DNA of 64,000 nt. Origin: an uncultured Clostridia bacterium. GTDB taxonomy: Bacteria > Bacillota > Clostridia > TANB77 > CAG-508. Each line of letters begins with the position of its first letter. Positions within the stretch are counted from its first letter, which is position 1. The notes beneath the pieces were generated by a model. It did not search any database and was not told where the DNA came from. It was given only the letters and a program-made list of their open reading frames with translations. This document shows, in pieces, positions 34,307-43,926 of the stretch. Both the position numbers and the translations under genes were made by a program. The stretch spans positions 499 to 64,498 of the forward strand of contig CANQDX010000003.1 in assembly GCA_947594065.1 (NCBI GenBank). Direction: 5' to 3'.

Positions 34307-35215
34307 ATGAAGGATGTTATTTTTAAAGGTTGTGCTAGTGCAATTGTTACTCCTTTCAATGAAGAGAATGAAATTAATTTTGATGAATTTAAAAGATTAG
34401 TAGATTTTCAAATTGATAATGGGGTAAATGGTATTGTAGTTTGCGGTACAACAGGGGAAGCGGTTACTTTATCTCAAGAGGAAAAACAAGAGCTAACTAG
34501 ATACTGCGTAAAGGTAGTAAACAAAAGAGTGCCAGTTATTGCAGGTATTGGAAGCAACAATACAAAAGCTGTTATTGAAAATGAAAAATATGCAGAAAAA
34601 GTAGGAATAGATGCATTACTTTCTGTTACACCATACTATAACAAAACAACACAAAATGGTTTAATAGAACACTTTAAGATGATTGCACAAAATACAAATC
34701 TTCCTATTATTTTATACAATGTGCCAAGTAGAACAGGAGTAGATATTGCACCAAGTACATATTTTGAATTATCTAAAATAAAGAATATTGTAGCAACAAA
34801 AGAAGCAAGTGGAGATATTTCTAAGGTCTTGAAAATTAGAAATTTGTGTAAAGATGAATTGGGTGTTTATTCAGGAAATGATGATCAAATCATTCCATTT
34901 TTATCTTTGGGTGGATTGGGCGTTATTTCTGTACTTTCAAATATTATGCCTAACTATACATCTAAGATGATTGAAAATTATTTTCAGGGAAGAACAGAAG
35001 AGGCAGCATCTATGCAAATTAATGTATGTAAGTTAATTGAATATTTATTTCAAGAAGTTAATCCAATTCCTATTAAAGCAGCATTGAATTTGACTGGATT
35101 TCAATGCGGAGTGCCAAGACTTCCTTTGGTCGAATGTAGTGACACATTAAAATTAGAGTTAGAAAAAGAATTAAACAAACAAACGAACACAATAAATAAT
35201 ATAAATTACCAATAA
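34307..35215 (+). CDS. dapA: 4-hydroxy-tetrahydrodipicolinate synthase
   Basis: GCASAIVTPFNE...VNGIVVCGTTGEAVTLS...ILYNVPSRTG. ATG 34307 follows GGAGG. The upstream part of the tracked ORF is the terminator hairpin. Confidence 0.93.
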   Translation: MKDVIFKGCASAIVTPFNEENEINFDEFKRLVDFQIDNGVNGIVVCGTTGEAVTLSQEEKQELTRYCVKVVNKRVPVIAGIGSNNTKAVIENEKYAEKVGIDALLSVTPYYNKTTQNGLIEHFKMIAQNTNLPIILYNVPSRTGVDIAPSTYFELSKIKNIVATKEASGDISKVLKIRNLCKDELGVYSGNDDQIIPFLSLGGLGVISVLSNIMPNYTSKMIENYFQGRTEEAASMQINVCKLIEYLFQEVNPIPIKAALNLTGFQCGVPRLPLVECSDTLKLELEKELNKQTNTINNINYQ

Positions 35216-36130
35216 AATCACACCATTTAATCTCGTCAACGTATGGTCTTTATTACCAAGTGCATACAACCAAATTAAAATACAAGATGCAAATAGCAAT
35301 ATAATATTTTCTATAAATTCTATGCTTAAAATTAAATTAGAAAAGAATGCTCCTACCCCTAAAATTAAGCATAAATTAATAATACAAGAACCCAAAATGT
35401 TTCCTTCAGCAATATCGTCATCACCTTTAATAACAGCAATAACAGAAGTAGCAAGCTCAGGAAGTGACGTTCCTAAAGCAACAATTGTAAGGCTAACTAC
35501 TCTTTCAGGTATATTGAAAAGAAAGGCAATATTACTTGCACTATCTACAACAAAGTCACCACCATACTTTAATGCAATACATCCAATTAAACAATAAATA
35601 ATACATTGTACTATATTTATATTATCACTTTCTTGATGTAGTTGAACAATTTCTTTTTTCCTTTCTTTCATATATGTCAAAATTGGATATACAAAGTAAA
35701 TAAATCCAATTAATAAAAGAATGATAGCGTCAAATTTGTTTAAAGTAAGTGGCTTTTTAGAAAATAGTCCTAATCCCATAATAAGTACAAGCAAAGTTAT
35801 ACCATTTAATAATGGCATATTTTGCTTAATAGAAGAGTCTTCAAATTTAATAGGCTTAATAATAGATAAAATACCTAAAACAAGCAATAAATTACACAAA
35901 TTGCTTCCTATTACATTTCCTATAATAATATCTGTATTACCGGTTGCAGCAGATATAATTGTAACAACAAGTTCAGGTAATGATGTGCCTAATGCTACAA
36001 TTGTAAGACCAATTAGAATTTCAGATATATGAAATTTTTTTGCAATATTAGATGCACCTTTTACTAATAAATCTGCTCCCCAAATTAATAAACCAAAACC
36101 AAATATTAAAATTATAAATTGTTCAATCAT
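35171..36130 (-). CDS. Ca2+/Na+ antiporter (CaCA/YrbG family)
   Basis: Two alpha-repeats, GLTIVALGTSLPELVVTIISA and LTIVALGTSLPELATSVIAV; about 10 TM segments. Confidence 0.88.
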   Translation of the reverse strand: MIEQFIILIFGFGLLIWGADLLVKGASNIAKKFHISEILIGLTIVALGTSLPELVVTIISAATGNTDIIIGNVIGSNLCNLLLVLGILSIIKPIKFEDSSIKQNMPLLNGITLLVLIMGLGLFSKKPLTLNKFDAIILLLIGFIYFVYPILTYMKERKKEIVQLHQESDNINIVQCIIYCLIGCIALKYGGDFVVDSASNIAFLFNIPERVVSLTIVALGTSLPELATSVIAVIKGDDDIAEGNILGSCIINLCLILGVGAFFSNLILSIEFIENIILLFASCILIWLYALGNKDHTLTRLNGVILLVIYIIYCVRLFV

Positions 36131-36304
36131 TTTTTTTACCTCCTGTATATTATAAACAAATAATAGAAAAAAGAAAACACTTTTTTAATATAAATTTTAT
36201 TAAATAGAAAATTTGTGTATTGTATTGAAATTTAAAAATATCTATTTATTTTTTAAAAAAATAATGGTATGATATAAATATATTAGATAAAATGGAGAAA
36301 AAAT

Positions 36305-37093
36305 ATGTTTAATACAATAAAAATTTATTTTCTACTATTTATTATTTATTCATTTTTAGGCTGGTGTATAGAAGTTGTTTGTAATTCCATAGAAAGAAAA
36401 AAGTTTGTAAATCGTGGCTTTCTATTAGGTCCATATTGTCCTATATATGGATGTGGAGGATTGCTTATTACTCTTTTTTTAGGAAGATTTACAAATAGAC
36501 CCGTATTTTTATTTATAATGACTATATTATTATGTGGCATTTTAGAATATTCAACCAGTTATGTAATGGAAAAGTTATTTCATCTTAGATGGTGGGATTA
36601 TAGCAAGAAAAAGTGGAATATAAATGGACGAGTCTGCTTAGATACAATTATTCCATTCGGAATTTTAGGAATGATTATTTTATATATAAGTAATCCATTT
36701 TTATTAGATAAAATTGAAAAAATTCCAAGCCTTACTTTAACGATTTTATTTTATATTCTTGCTGTTGTTTTTTTAATAGATATTATTATATCATTGTCTA
36801 CTATTCTTGGAATTAGAAAAACAACAAAACAAATCAACAAAGAAAACACCGAAGATAATACTGAAGAAATCACTAAAAAAGTAAAAGAAATTTTACTTGG
36901 AAAATCATTTGTTCAAAGGCGTTTGGTAAATGCATATCCTAAACTACAAACAATTAAGATTAAGGTGAAAGAAAAAATAAATCAAACAAAAGATGAAATA
37001 GAAAAACAAAAAGAAATAATAGACAGAAAAGTTAATATAGCCAAAAAACAAATAAACAGGAAAATAAAAAAAGTAAAGAAAAAGAAAGAATAG
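36305..37093 (+). CDS. Membrane protein of the putative ABC-transporter type IV (CmpB-like) family with a Lys-rich C-terminal tail
   Basis: GWCIEVV...RGFLLGPYCPIYGCGG...YSTSYVMEKLFHLRWWDYS pattern. Confidence 0.6.
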   Translation: MFNTIKIYFLLFIIYSFLGWCIEVVCNSIERKKFVNRGFLLGPYCPIYGCGGLLITLFLGRFTNRPVFLFIMTILLCGILEYSTSYVMEKLFHLRWWDYSKKKWNINGRVCLDTIIPFGILGMIILYISNPFLLDKIEKIPSLTLTILFYILAVVFLIDIIISLSTILGIRKTTKQINKENTEDNTEEITKKVKEILLGKSFVQRRLVNAYPKLQTIKIKVKEKINQTKDEIEKQKEIIDRKVNIAKKQINRKIKKVKKKKE

Positions 37094-37101
37094 GGAATCT
37101 T

Positions 37102-37605
37102 ATGAAAATTTTGTTTAAAAACACTACTAAATACACAAAAGAAAATTGTAATGAATTTATAGAGTTTCACAATAGAAAATATGGCAAAAGAGAGATATTA
37201 AAATTAGGATTAATTGCTATTGCAATTTTATATATTTTTATTTTTAACTTAATATATAAAAATTGGAAACTTATATTAGGGATTATATTACTTGGAATTG
37301 TTTTGTATTTCATACAAAACAATATGAATATTAAAAAAGAAAAAAAGAGAAATAAAGTAAAAGAATATAGCTTTTATTTTTATGAAAAATATATAAAAGT
37401 TAAATGTAGAAAAGAATTTGATCGACTATTTTATTTTAACCTTCATAAAATATTTGAAACAGATGAGTATTTTTATTTATATTTAGATGAAAAAAGCTCG
37501 TTTATTCTGAGAAAAGATGGGTTTGAAATAGGAACTCCAGAAGAGTTTTCAAAATTTATAAAGGAAAAATGTCCACTTAAGTATAGTAAAGAAAGAAAAC
37601 ATTAA
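37102..37605 (+). CDS. YcxB-like membrane protein
   Basis: Two central TM helices, then ...FETDEYFYLYLDEKSSFILRKDGFEIGTPEEFSKFI, typical of YcxB-family proteins. Confidence 0.5.
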   Translation: MKILFKNTTKYTKENCNEFIEFHNRKYGKREILKLGLIAIAILYIFIFNLIYKNWKLILGIILLGIVLYFIQNNMNIKKEKKRNKVKEYSFYFYEKYIKVKCRKEFDRLFYFNLHKIFETDEYFYLYLDEKSSFILRKDGFEIGTPEEFSKFIKEKCPLKYSKERKH

Positions 37606-37617
37606 AGTAATTAAAGA

Positions 37618-37648
37618 ATGCCCCGGGACTAACTCGGAGCATTTTTTA
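37618..37648 (+). terminator. Terminator after the ycxB-like gene
   Basis: ATGCCCCGGG / CTCGGAGCAT stem (one mismatch, one GU pair), then TTTTTT. Confidence 0.7.
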
Positions 37649-37651
37649 TCT

Positions 37652-37679
37652 AATAAAGAGCGACTAGGCGCTCTTTATT
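37652..37679 (-). terminator. Hairpin immediately downstream of murC (no clear U-tract)
   Basis: AATAAAGAGCG / CGCTCTTTATT 11-bp stem abutting the murC stop codon. Confidence 0.45.
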
Positions 37680-39056
37680 CTATATTAGATACTTTGACAG
37701 ATTTGTTATAGTTCCAGCACCTAAAGTAATAATAATATCATCACCGTGAACGTGATTCTTTAGGTAATTTGCTATATTATTAAAATCAGATATAAAAATA
37801 GCTTTTTTTCCATAAGCATTGATTTTATCAACTAAATCTTGTGAAGAAATATTATATGTATTGTCTTCTCTGGCTGCATAAATATCAGTTACGATAATAT
37901 TATCAAAATTAATTAATGCTTTAGCAAAATCATCTAACAAATTTTTTGTTCTACTATAAGTATGTGGTTGAAATATACACCAAGATTGATTAAACTGCTT
38001 ATTTTTTATGGCATTTGCTGTGGCAATTATTTCAGTAGGGTGATGTGCATAGTCATCGAATATACTAGCATTATTAAAAGTTCCCTTATATTCCAAACGC
38101 CTATTAGCTCCAGTAAATTCTAAAAGTGCATCTTTAATATACATTTTTGAAATACCATAAGAATGACAAATAGCAATACAAGCAAGTGCATTAGAAACAT
38201 TGTGTATTCCTGCAACAGAAAGTTTAATTGTACTATAAAAATTGTTATTAAAATAAACATCAAATGTAGCAAATCCATTCCTATCAAAGGAAATATTTTT
38301 TGCTATAAAATTTGCATAAGGATTTTTAATAGAATATGTAACTGCAGTTGCATCTGAATGATTTCTTAAGTCTAAACAATTTTCATCATCTGCATTTAAT
38401 ACAAGAAAACCATTTTTAGGAAGTAAAGCAACATATCTAATAAATGCATTTTTTATATTTTCAAATGTTTTAAAATAATCTAAATGGTCATTATCTATAT
38501 TTAAAATAACCTCAGATTTTGGTCTAAATTTTAAGAAGCTTTCTACATATTCGCACGCTTCTAAAATAAAATATTCGCTTTTTCCAATTCTATAATTTCC
38601 GTTAATTTCTTTTAATATAGCACCAACTTGAATATTTGGATCCATATTTGCTCTTAAGAAACAGCAAGAAATCATTGAAGTAGTTGTTGTTTTACCGTGT
38701 GTTCCAGAAATACCAATTGTATCTTGAAAACAAGTTGTAATTTTCCCTAAGAAATCTGCTCTTTCTATTGTAGGAATATTTAACTCTTTTGCTCTTACTA
38801 TTTCCGGATCATTAGGTTTAATTGCAGCAGTATACACAACAACATCAGATTTTTCTAGATTTTCAAAGTCAGGACCAATCCTTACATAAATTCCAGTTCT
38901 TTGTAATCTTCTGATAATTGGTGTTAAAGATACATCAGTTCCAGTAACAACAAATCCCCACGTTTTAAGCATTTCTGCAATTCCGCTCATACTTACTCCG
39001 CCAATTCCTATCATATGTATATGCTTATAATTTTTTAAAATATCAATGTTTGCCAA
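37680..39056 (-). CDS. murC: UDP-N-acetylmuramate--L-alanine ligase
   Basis: IHMIGIGGVSMSGIAEML...GISGTHGKTTTTSM...DDYAHHPTEI. Confidence 0.95.
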   Translation of the reverse strand: MANIDILKNYKHIHMIGIGGVSMSGIAEMLKTWGFVVTGTDVSLTPIIRRLQRTGIYVRIGPDFENLEKSDVVVYTAAIKPNDPEIVRAKELNIPTIERADFLGKITTCFQDTIGISGTHGKTTTTSMISCCFLRANMDPNIQVGAILKEINGNYRIGKSEYFILEACEYVESFLKFRPKSEVILNIDNDHLDYFKTFENIKNAFIRYVALLPKNGFLVLNADDENCLDLRNHSDATAVTYSIKNPYANFIAKNISFDRNGFATFDVYFNNNFYSTIKLSVAGIHNVSNALACIAICHSYGISKMYIKDALLEFTGANRRLEYKGTFNNASIFDDYAHHPTEIIATANAIKNKQFNQSWCIFQPHTYSRTKNLLDDFAKALINFDNIIVTDIYAAREDNTYNISSQDLVDKINAYGKKAIFISDFNNIANYLKNHVHGDDIIITLGAGTITNLSKYLI

Positions 39057-39308
39057 TATTATTCGCTCCCTTTATATAATATAGTAAATTATATACTCAA
39101 ATTTCGCTTTTTTCAATATAAATCATAAAATTTTATATAATTAATTTATGAATAAAAATGTAAAATCGTGCCATACTACTATAGAAGAAGTATAAATAAA
39201 ATTATTTTAAAAAAATGTAAAATTAAGAAGGAAAAAATTTTTTTTTGACGAATAAATATGATAGTACATACAAATGTACAGATACATAATTTATGGAGGT
39301 GCACTAAA

Positions 39309-39581
39309 ATGCAAATAACAGACGTACGTTTAAGAAAGGTTAATTCAGAAAACAGAATGAAAGCTGTTGCTTCTGTAACATTCGATAATGAGTTCGCAGT
39401 ACACGATATTAAAGTTATCGAAAGCCAAAACGGATTATTCATAGCTATGCCTAGCAGAAAAACTCCTAACGGAGAATTTAAGGATATAGCTCATCCAATC
39501 AATGCTGAAACTAGGGAGAAAATTCAAAAAGCTGTATTAGAAGCTTATGAAGCTCCAGAAACAGAGGAATCAGCAGAATAA
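39309..39581 (+). CDS. spoVG: Septation/sporulation regulator SpoVG
   Basis: [74 protein letters not shown] at 39296-39302. Confidence 0.95.
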   Translation: MQITDVRLRKVNSENRMKAVASVTFDNEFAVHDIKVIESQNGLFIAMPSRKTPNGEFKDIAHPINAETREKIQKAVLEAYEAPETEESAE

Positions 39582-39598
39582 TAAATATGTTTAACAAT

Positions 39599-39626
39599 AA
39601 AAGACATCTTTAAGATGTCTTTTTTG
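39599..39626 (+). terminator. Terminator after spoVG
   Basis: AAGACATC TTTAA GATGTCTT followed by TTTTT. Confidence 0.85.
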
Positions 39627-39664
39627 TATGTCAAAAAAAATGTTAAAAAAATATAAAAAACCAC

Positions 39665-39693
39665 TTGACATACGGAAATAAGGGTTGTATAAT
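39665..39693 (+). promoter_or_regulatory. Consensus sigma-A promoter of the S10 operon
   Basis: TTGACA 39665-39670, 17-nt spacer, TATAAT 39688-39693. Confidence 0.75.
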
Positions 39694-39947
39694 AGAAAGG
39701 TATGTAGATTTGCGATGAAGTAAGATGTGGCTACGCTAGTATGTTATTTAGCGGAGGGAACTCTTACGGAGTATGTCTTGGCATAGACCGGGCGATAAGT
39801 TAAGTATAAGCACTTATCCCAAGAAAATCATACGGAAACTTGGGAATTTTAAAAAAGTGAATAAGAAACACTAGGGTGCGTTTAACTTGCCATAGTAGGT
39901 CAAAGGTGACAAAAATCACTAGACTATAAAAATAAGGAGGGAAAAAT
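39694..39947 (+). promoter_or_regulatory. Long (~250 nt), comparatively GC-rich 5' leader of rpsJ with several hairpins
   Basis: Hairpins GATAAGT..ACTTATC (39794-39818) and CCCAAG..CTTGGG (39818-39844, followed by AATTTT). TACGGA occurs three times. Confidence 0.5.
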
Positions 39948-40277
39948 ATGGCAACAAAAAGCAAAACTGTAGGAAACGAAAAAATTAGAATAAGATTAAA
40001 AGCTTATGATCACGTTGTTTTAGATCAGTCTGCTGAAAAAATAGTAGATACTGCTAAAAGAACAGGTGCTAAAGTTTCAGGTCCTATTCCATTACCTACA
40101 CAAAAAGAAATCGTAACAATATTACGTAGTCCTCATAAACACAAAGATGCAAGAGAGCAATTTGAAATGAGAACACATAAAAGAGTAATCGATATTCTTT
40201 ACCCAACACAAAAAACAGTTGACAATTTAATGAAGTTAGAATTACCAGCTGGTGTTGATATAGAAATTAAACTTTAA
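39948..40277 (+). CDS. rpsJ: 30S ribosomal protein S10
   Basis: [39 protein letters not shown]. Confidence 0.97.
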   Translation: MATKSKTVGNEKIRIRLKAYDHVVLDQSAEKIVDTAKRTGAKVSGPIPLPTQKEIVTILRSPHKHKDAREQFEMRTHKRVIDILYPTQKTVDNLMKLELPAGVDIEIKL

Positions 40278-40333
40278 AAAATTAAATAAACTTATGCTGG
40301 CGAAGATGTCAGCCAATGAGAGGAGAGAAAAAA

Positions 40334-40966
40334 ATGAAAGCAATTATAGGCAAAAAACTTGGAATGACACAAATATTTGATGAAAATGGATATGTAATTC
40401 CAGTTACAGTTATTGAAGCAGGACCTTGTGTTGTTGCTCAAGTAAAATCAAAAGAAACAGATGGATATAATGCAATACAATTAGGTTTTGGTGAAGTTAA
40501 AGATAAACATATTAATAAACCAGAGAAAGGACATTTTGCAAAATCTAAATTAACAGCAAAAAAACATTTAAGAGAATTTAGAACAAATTCAACTGAAGAT
40601 GTTAAAGTTGGAGATGAAGTAAAAGCAGATGTCTTCACAGCTGGAGAAAAAGTAGACATTCAAGGTATTACAAAAGGAAAAGGATTCCAAGGCGTTATTA
40701 AACGTCACGGACAATCAAGAGGACCAATGGGACACGGTTCTATGTATCACAGAAGACCAGGTTCAATGGGATCTACATCTACTCCAGGTAGAGTATATAA
40801 AGGTAAAAAACTACCAGGACATATGGGAGTTCAAACAGTTACAATACAAAACTTAGATGTTGTAAGAGTAGATATGGATAAAAATGTATTGTTAGTAAAA
40901 GGTAGTGTACCTGGACCTAAAGGTGCAATATTAAAAATCAAAGCAACAGTAAAAAGTGCGAAATAG
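40334..40966 (+). CDS. rplC: 50S ribosomal protein L3
   Basis: [19 protein letters not shown]...[12 protein letters not shown] 40334 follows GAGGAGAG. Confidence 0.96.
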   Translation: MKAIIGKKLGMTQIFDENGYVIPVTVIEAGPCVVAQVKSKETDGYNAIQLGFGEVKDKHINKPEKGHFAKSKLTAKKHLREFRTNSTEDVKVGDEVKADVFTAGEKVDIQGITKGKGFQGVIKRHGQSRGPMGHGSMYHRRPGSMGSTSTPGRVYKGKKLPGHMGVQTVTIQNLDVVRVDMDKNVLLVKGSVPGPKGAILKIKATVKSAK

Positions 40967-40984
40967 AGAAAGGAGGAAATGTAA

Positions 40985-41608
40985 ATGCCAAAAGTAAATG
41001 TATATAACGTAGATGGTAAAAAAGTTAGCGACGTAGATTTAAAAGAAGAGATATTTGGTATAGAACCAAATGAAAATGTTATACATAATGTTCTTGTAAA
41101 CTATCAAGCTAATCAAAGACAAGGTACACAAAGTACAAAAACAAGATCAGAAGTTACTGGTGGAGGCAAAAAGCCTTGGAAACAAAAAGGAACTGGTAGA
41201 GCAAGACAAGGAAGCATTCGTGCACCACAATGGATAAAAGGTGGTATAGCATTAGGACCAAAACCACGTAGCTATAAATATACAGTTAATAGAAAAGAAA
41301 AACAATTAGCTGTTAAATCAATGCTTAGTATGAAAGTTTTAGAACAATCATTAGTTGTTTTAGATAAATTAGATTTAGCTGAAATCAAAACAAAAAATAT
41401 GGTAGCAGTATTGAATAATTTAAAAGTAGCAGGAAAAACATTAATTATGCTACCAGAAAAGAACGAAAAAGTTCAAAAATCAGCAAGAAATATCGAAGGT
41501 GTTAAAACTACTTTAGTAAATACTATTAATGTATATGATTTATTAAAATACAATAATTTAGTAGTTACATTAGACACTGTTAAAAAATTAGAGGAGGTGT
41601 ACGCTTAA
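40985..41608 (+). CDS. rplD: 50S ribosomal protein L4
   Basis: GGGKKPWKQKGTGRARQGSIRAPQW. Confidence 0.96.
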   Translation: MPKVNVYNVDGKKVSDVDLKEEIFGIEPNENVIHNVLVNYQANQRQGTQSTKTRSEVTGGGKKPWKQKGTGRARQGSIRAPQWIKGGIALGPKPRSYKYTVNRKEKQLAVKSMLSMKVLEQSLVVLDKLDLAEIKTKNMVAVLNNLKVAGKTLIMLPEKNEKVQKSARNIEGVKTTLVNTINVYDLLKYNNLVVTLDTVKKLEEVYA

Positions 41609-41609
41609 G

Positions 41610-41957
41610 ATGTTAGCAGAAGAAGTTATTATTAAACCAATTGTTACAGAAAAAAGCAGTAGCGAATTAGAGCAAGGAAAGTATACCTTTAAAGTAAATA
41701 AAAAAGCAACAAAAGTTGAAATTGCAAAAGCTGTTGAAAAACTTTTCGAAGTTAAAGTATTAAATGTAAATACAATGACAGTTAAAGGAAAAGAAAAAAG
41801 AGTAGGAGCACATACAGGAATGACACCTGATTGGAAGAAAGCAATTGTTACAATTGACACAAATCCAGGAGATAAAACATACTTAGGAAAAGGCGGAAAA
41901 GAAGTTAAGATTTCTAAGAAGTATAAGGAGTCTATTGACGAATTTATGGGTGCTTAG
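41610..41957 (+). CDS. rplW: 50S ribosomal protein L23 (with ~20-aa C-terminal extension)
   Basis: KPIVTEKSS...KYTFKVNKKATKVEIAKAVEKLFEVKVLNVNT...KKAIVT. Confidence 0.93.
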   Translation: MLAEEVIIKPIVTEKSSSELEQGKYTFKVNKKATKVEIAKAVEKLFEVKVLNVNTMTVKGKEKRVGAHTGMTPDWKKAIVTIDTNPGDKTYLGKGGKEVKISKKYKESIDEFMGA

Positions 41958-41964
41958 AAATGAT

Positions 41965-42064
41965 AAGCGTCGTCTAACTTCGTTAACCTTCGGATAAAAA
42001 TATAATCAACGTACAATAGTACGTCTCATATATTTTTGCCTCGGTTGCCTCGTTATACTCGCTT
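41965..42064 (+). repeat. Structured intergenic element, copy 1 (rplW-rplB spacer)
   Basis: AAGCG..CGCTT closing stem; 9-bp AT stem 41996-42004/42029-42037; internal loop AUCA/CUCA; 6-bp stem ACGTAC/GTACGT. Homologous to 48167-48271. Confidence 0.6.
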
Positions 42065-42247
42065 CTAATTTCTAAGCAATTCAAGAAGTAAGTAATATGC
42101 TACTTTTACTACATCTTAGGTAAACCAAAAGAAATATCGGGAAAGACCCCGGAAAATAAAGAATAGCTGTTATGCGGAGCAGGAAAAATATCCGTAAATA
42201 AAAAAAGAAAGAGAACGTATCAAAAACAAGTATTGCTAGGCATTTGA

Positions 42248-42296
42248 AATATTAATCGACGAGACAGTACTTGTGTACGTCGAGACGATTAATATT
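42248..42296 (+). other. Long hairpin in the rplW-rplB spacer
   Basis: AATATTAATCG (42248-42258) / CGATTAATATT (42286-42296) with inner TCGACG/CGTCGA pairing option. Confidence 0.55.
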
Positions 42297-42351
42297 GAAA
42301 ATAACGACGCAAGACGCAGTTTTTCATACGTTCGAGAAAGGAAAAGTAAAA

Positions 42352-43179
42352 ATGGGAATGAAACACTTCAAAGCCTATACCCCATCAAGAAGAAATATGA
42401 CTGTTTCAACATTTGAGGAAGTTACAAAGAAAACTCCTGAAAAAACTCTACTTGCTAAAAAGAAGAAAAATGCAGGAAGAAATTCTGGCGGTAGAATAAC
42501 AGTTAGACATCAAGGTGGAGGAAATAGACAAAAATATAGAATAATTGATTTTAAAAGAAATAAAGACAATATGTTTGCAACAGTTATGGGAATTGAATAT
42601 GATCCAAACAGAAGCGCAAATATTGCATTATTAAAATACGAAGATGGAACATTAAGTTATATTATTGCTCCACAAGGATTAAAAGATGGAGATAAAGTAA
42701 TATCTGGAGATAAAGCAGATATTAAACCAGGTAATTGTATGTCAATTGAAAATATTCCAGTTGGTACAATGATACACAATATTGAATTAAATCCAGGTCA
42801 AGGTGCAAAAATGGTTAGAGCAGCAGGTCAAGCAGCACAATTAATGGCAAAAGAGGGAAAATTCTCTCACGTTAGATTACCATCAGGAGAAATGAGACTT
42901 GTTTTAACAAGATGTAGAGCTACAATAGGAACAATAGGAAACAGTGATCACGAAAATGTTAATTTAGGTAAAGCAGGAAAAACAAGACATTTAGGAATTC
43001 GTCCAACTGTTAGAGGTTCTGTAATGAACCCAGTAGATCACCCTCACGGTGGTGGTGAAGGTAGAGCACCAGTAGGACATAGTGGACCATTAACTCCTTG
43101 GGGCAAACCAGCACTTGGATATAAGACAAGAAAGAAAAATAAACAATCTAACAAATTCATAGTAAAAAGGAGGAAATAA
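42352..43179 (+). CDS. rplB: 50S ribosomal protein L2
   Basis: [14 protein letters not shown]...[15 protein letters not shown]...HPHGGGEGR. The upstream part of the tracked ORF (42271-42351) is non-coding spacer. Confidence 0.96.
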   Translation: MGMKHFKAYTPSRRNMTVSTFEEVTKKTPEKTLLAKKKKNAGRNSGGRITVRHQGGGNRQKYRIIDFKRNKDNMFATVMGIEYDPNRSANIALLKYEDGTLSYIIAPQGLKDGDKVISGDKADIKPGNCMSIENIPVGTMIHNIELNPGQGAKMVRAAGQAAQLMAKEGKFSHVRLPSGEMRLVLTRCRATIGTIGNSDHENVNLGKAGKTRHLGIRPTVRGSVMNPVDHPHGGGEGRAPVGHSGPLTPWGKPALGYKTRKKNKQSNKFIVKRRK

Positions 43180-43183
43180 TTAA

Positions 43184-43459
43184 ATGTCAAGATCAAGTAA
43201 AAAAGCACCATTTGTAGCTCCAGAATTAATGAAAAGAGTAGAAGCTATGAATGAATCAGGTAAAAAAGAAGTGTTAAAAACGTGGTCAAGAGCATCAACT
43301 ATTTATCCACAGTTTGTAGGACATACAATTGCTGTTCACGATGGTAGAAAACACGTGCCAGTTTATATCACTGAAGAAATGATAGGACATAAATTAGGAG
43401 AATTTGCACCAACAAGAACATTTAAAGGACACGCAGGAGCTAAATCTTCTAAACAATAA
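43184..43459 (+). CDS. rpsS: 30S ribosomal protein S19
   Basis: [38 protein letters not shown]. Confidence 0.97.
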   Translation: MSRSSKKAPFVAPELMKRVEAMNESGKKEVLKTWSRASTIYPQFVGHTIAVHDGRKHVPVYITEEMIGHKLGEFAPTRTFKGHAGAKSSKQ

Positions 43460-43527
43460 TAGATTACGAATCTAAACAAGATAAAACTAGCTTAAAATCT
43501 TAAGCAGGTTTAAAACTTGGGAAAGGA

Positions 43528-43896
43528 ATGATGTTAACAATGGAGCAAAATACTACAGTATTAGAAGCAAGAGCAACTCTTAAATATGCTAGAATATCAG
43601 CTAGAAAAGTAAAAATTGTAGCAGACTTAATAAGAGGAAAAGATGTTTCTGAAGCTTTAGCAATTATAAAATTCACACCAAAAGCTTCATCTGAAATAGT
43701 AGAAAAATTATTAAAGTCAGCTATTGCTAATGCTGAAACAAATCATAATATGACAAGTAATAACTTATATGTTGATCAAATTTATGCAAATCAAGGTCCA
43801 ACATTAAAAAGAATTAGACCTGCAGCAAAAGGATCAGCAGTAAGAATTAGAAAAAGAACAAGTCATATAACTATTGTATTGAAAGAGAGACAATAA
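43528..43896 (+). CDS. rplV: 50S ribosomal protein L22 (start ambiguous: ATG 43528, 43531 or 43540)
   Basis: [36 protein letters not shown]. Confidence 0.93.
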   Translation: MMLTMEQNTTVLEARATLKYARISARKVKIVADLIRGKDVSEALAIIKFTPKASSEIVEKLLKSAIANAETNHNMTSNNLYVDQIYANQGPTLKRIRPAAKGSAVRIRKRTSHITIVLKERQ

Positions 43897-43926
43897 AATT
43901 AGTTAAGAGAAAGGAGGATTCTTAAT

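Noticed and set aside
39179-39442. 87-aa minus-strand ORF across the spoVG promoter and 5' end.
   Set aside because: It is antisense to spoVG and its promoter, hydrophobic and low-complexity, with no RBS.
42271-42351. N-terminal extension of rplB in the ORF track ([27 protein letters not shown]).
   Set aside because: L2 homology starts at [14 protein letters not shown] (ATG 42352), which has an upstream purine-rich RBS. The extension has a non-ATG start inside the structured spacer.
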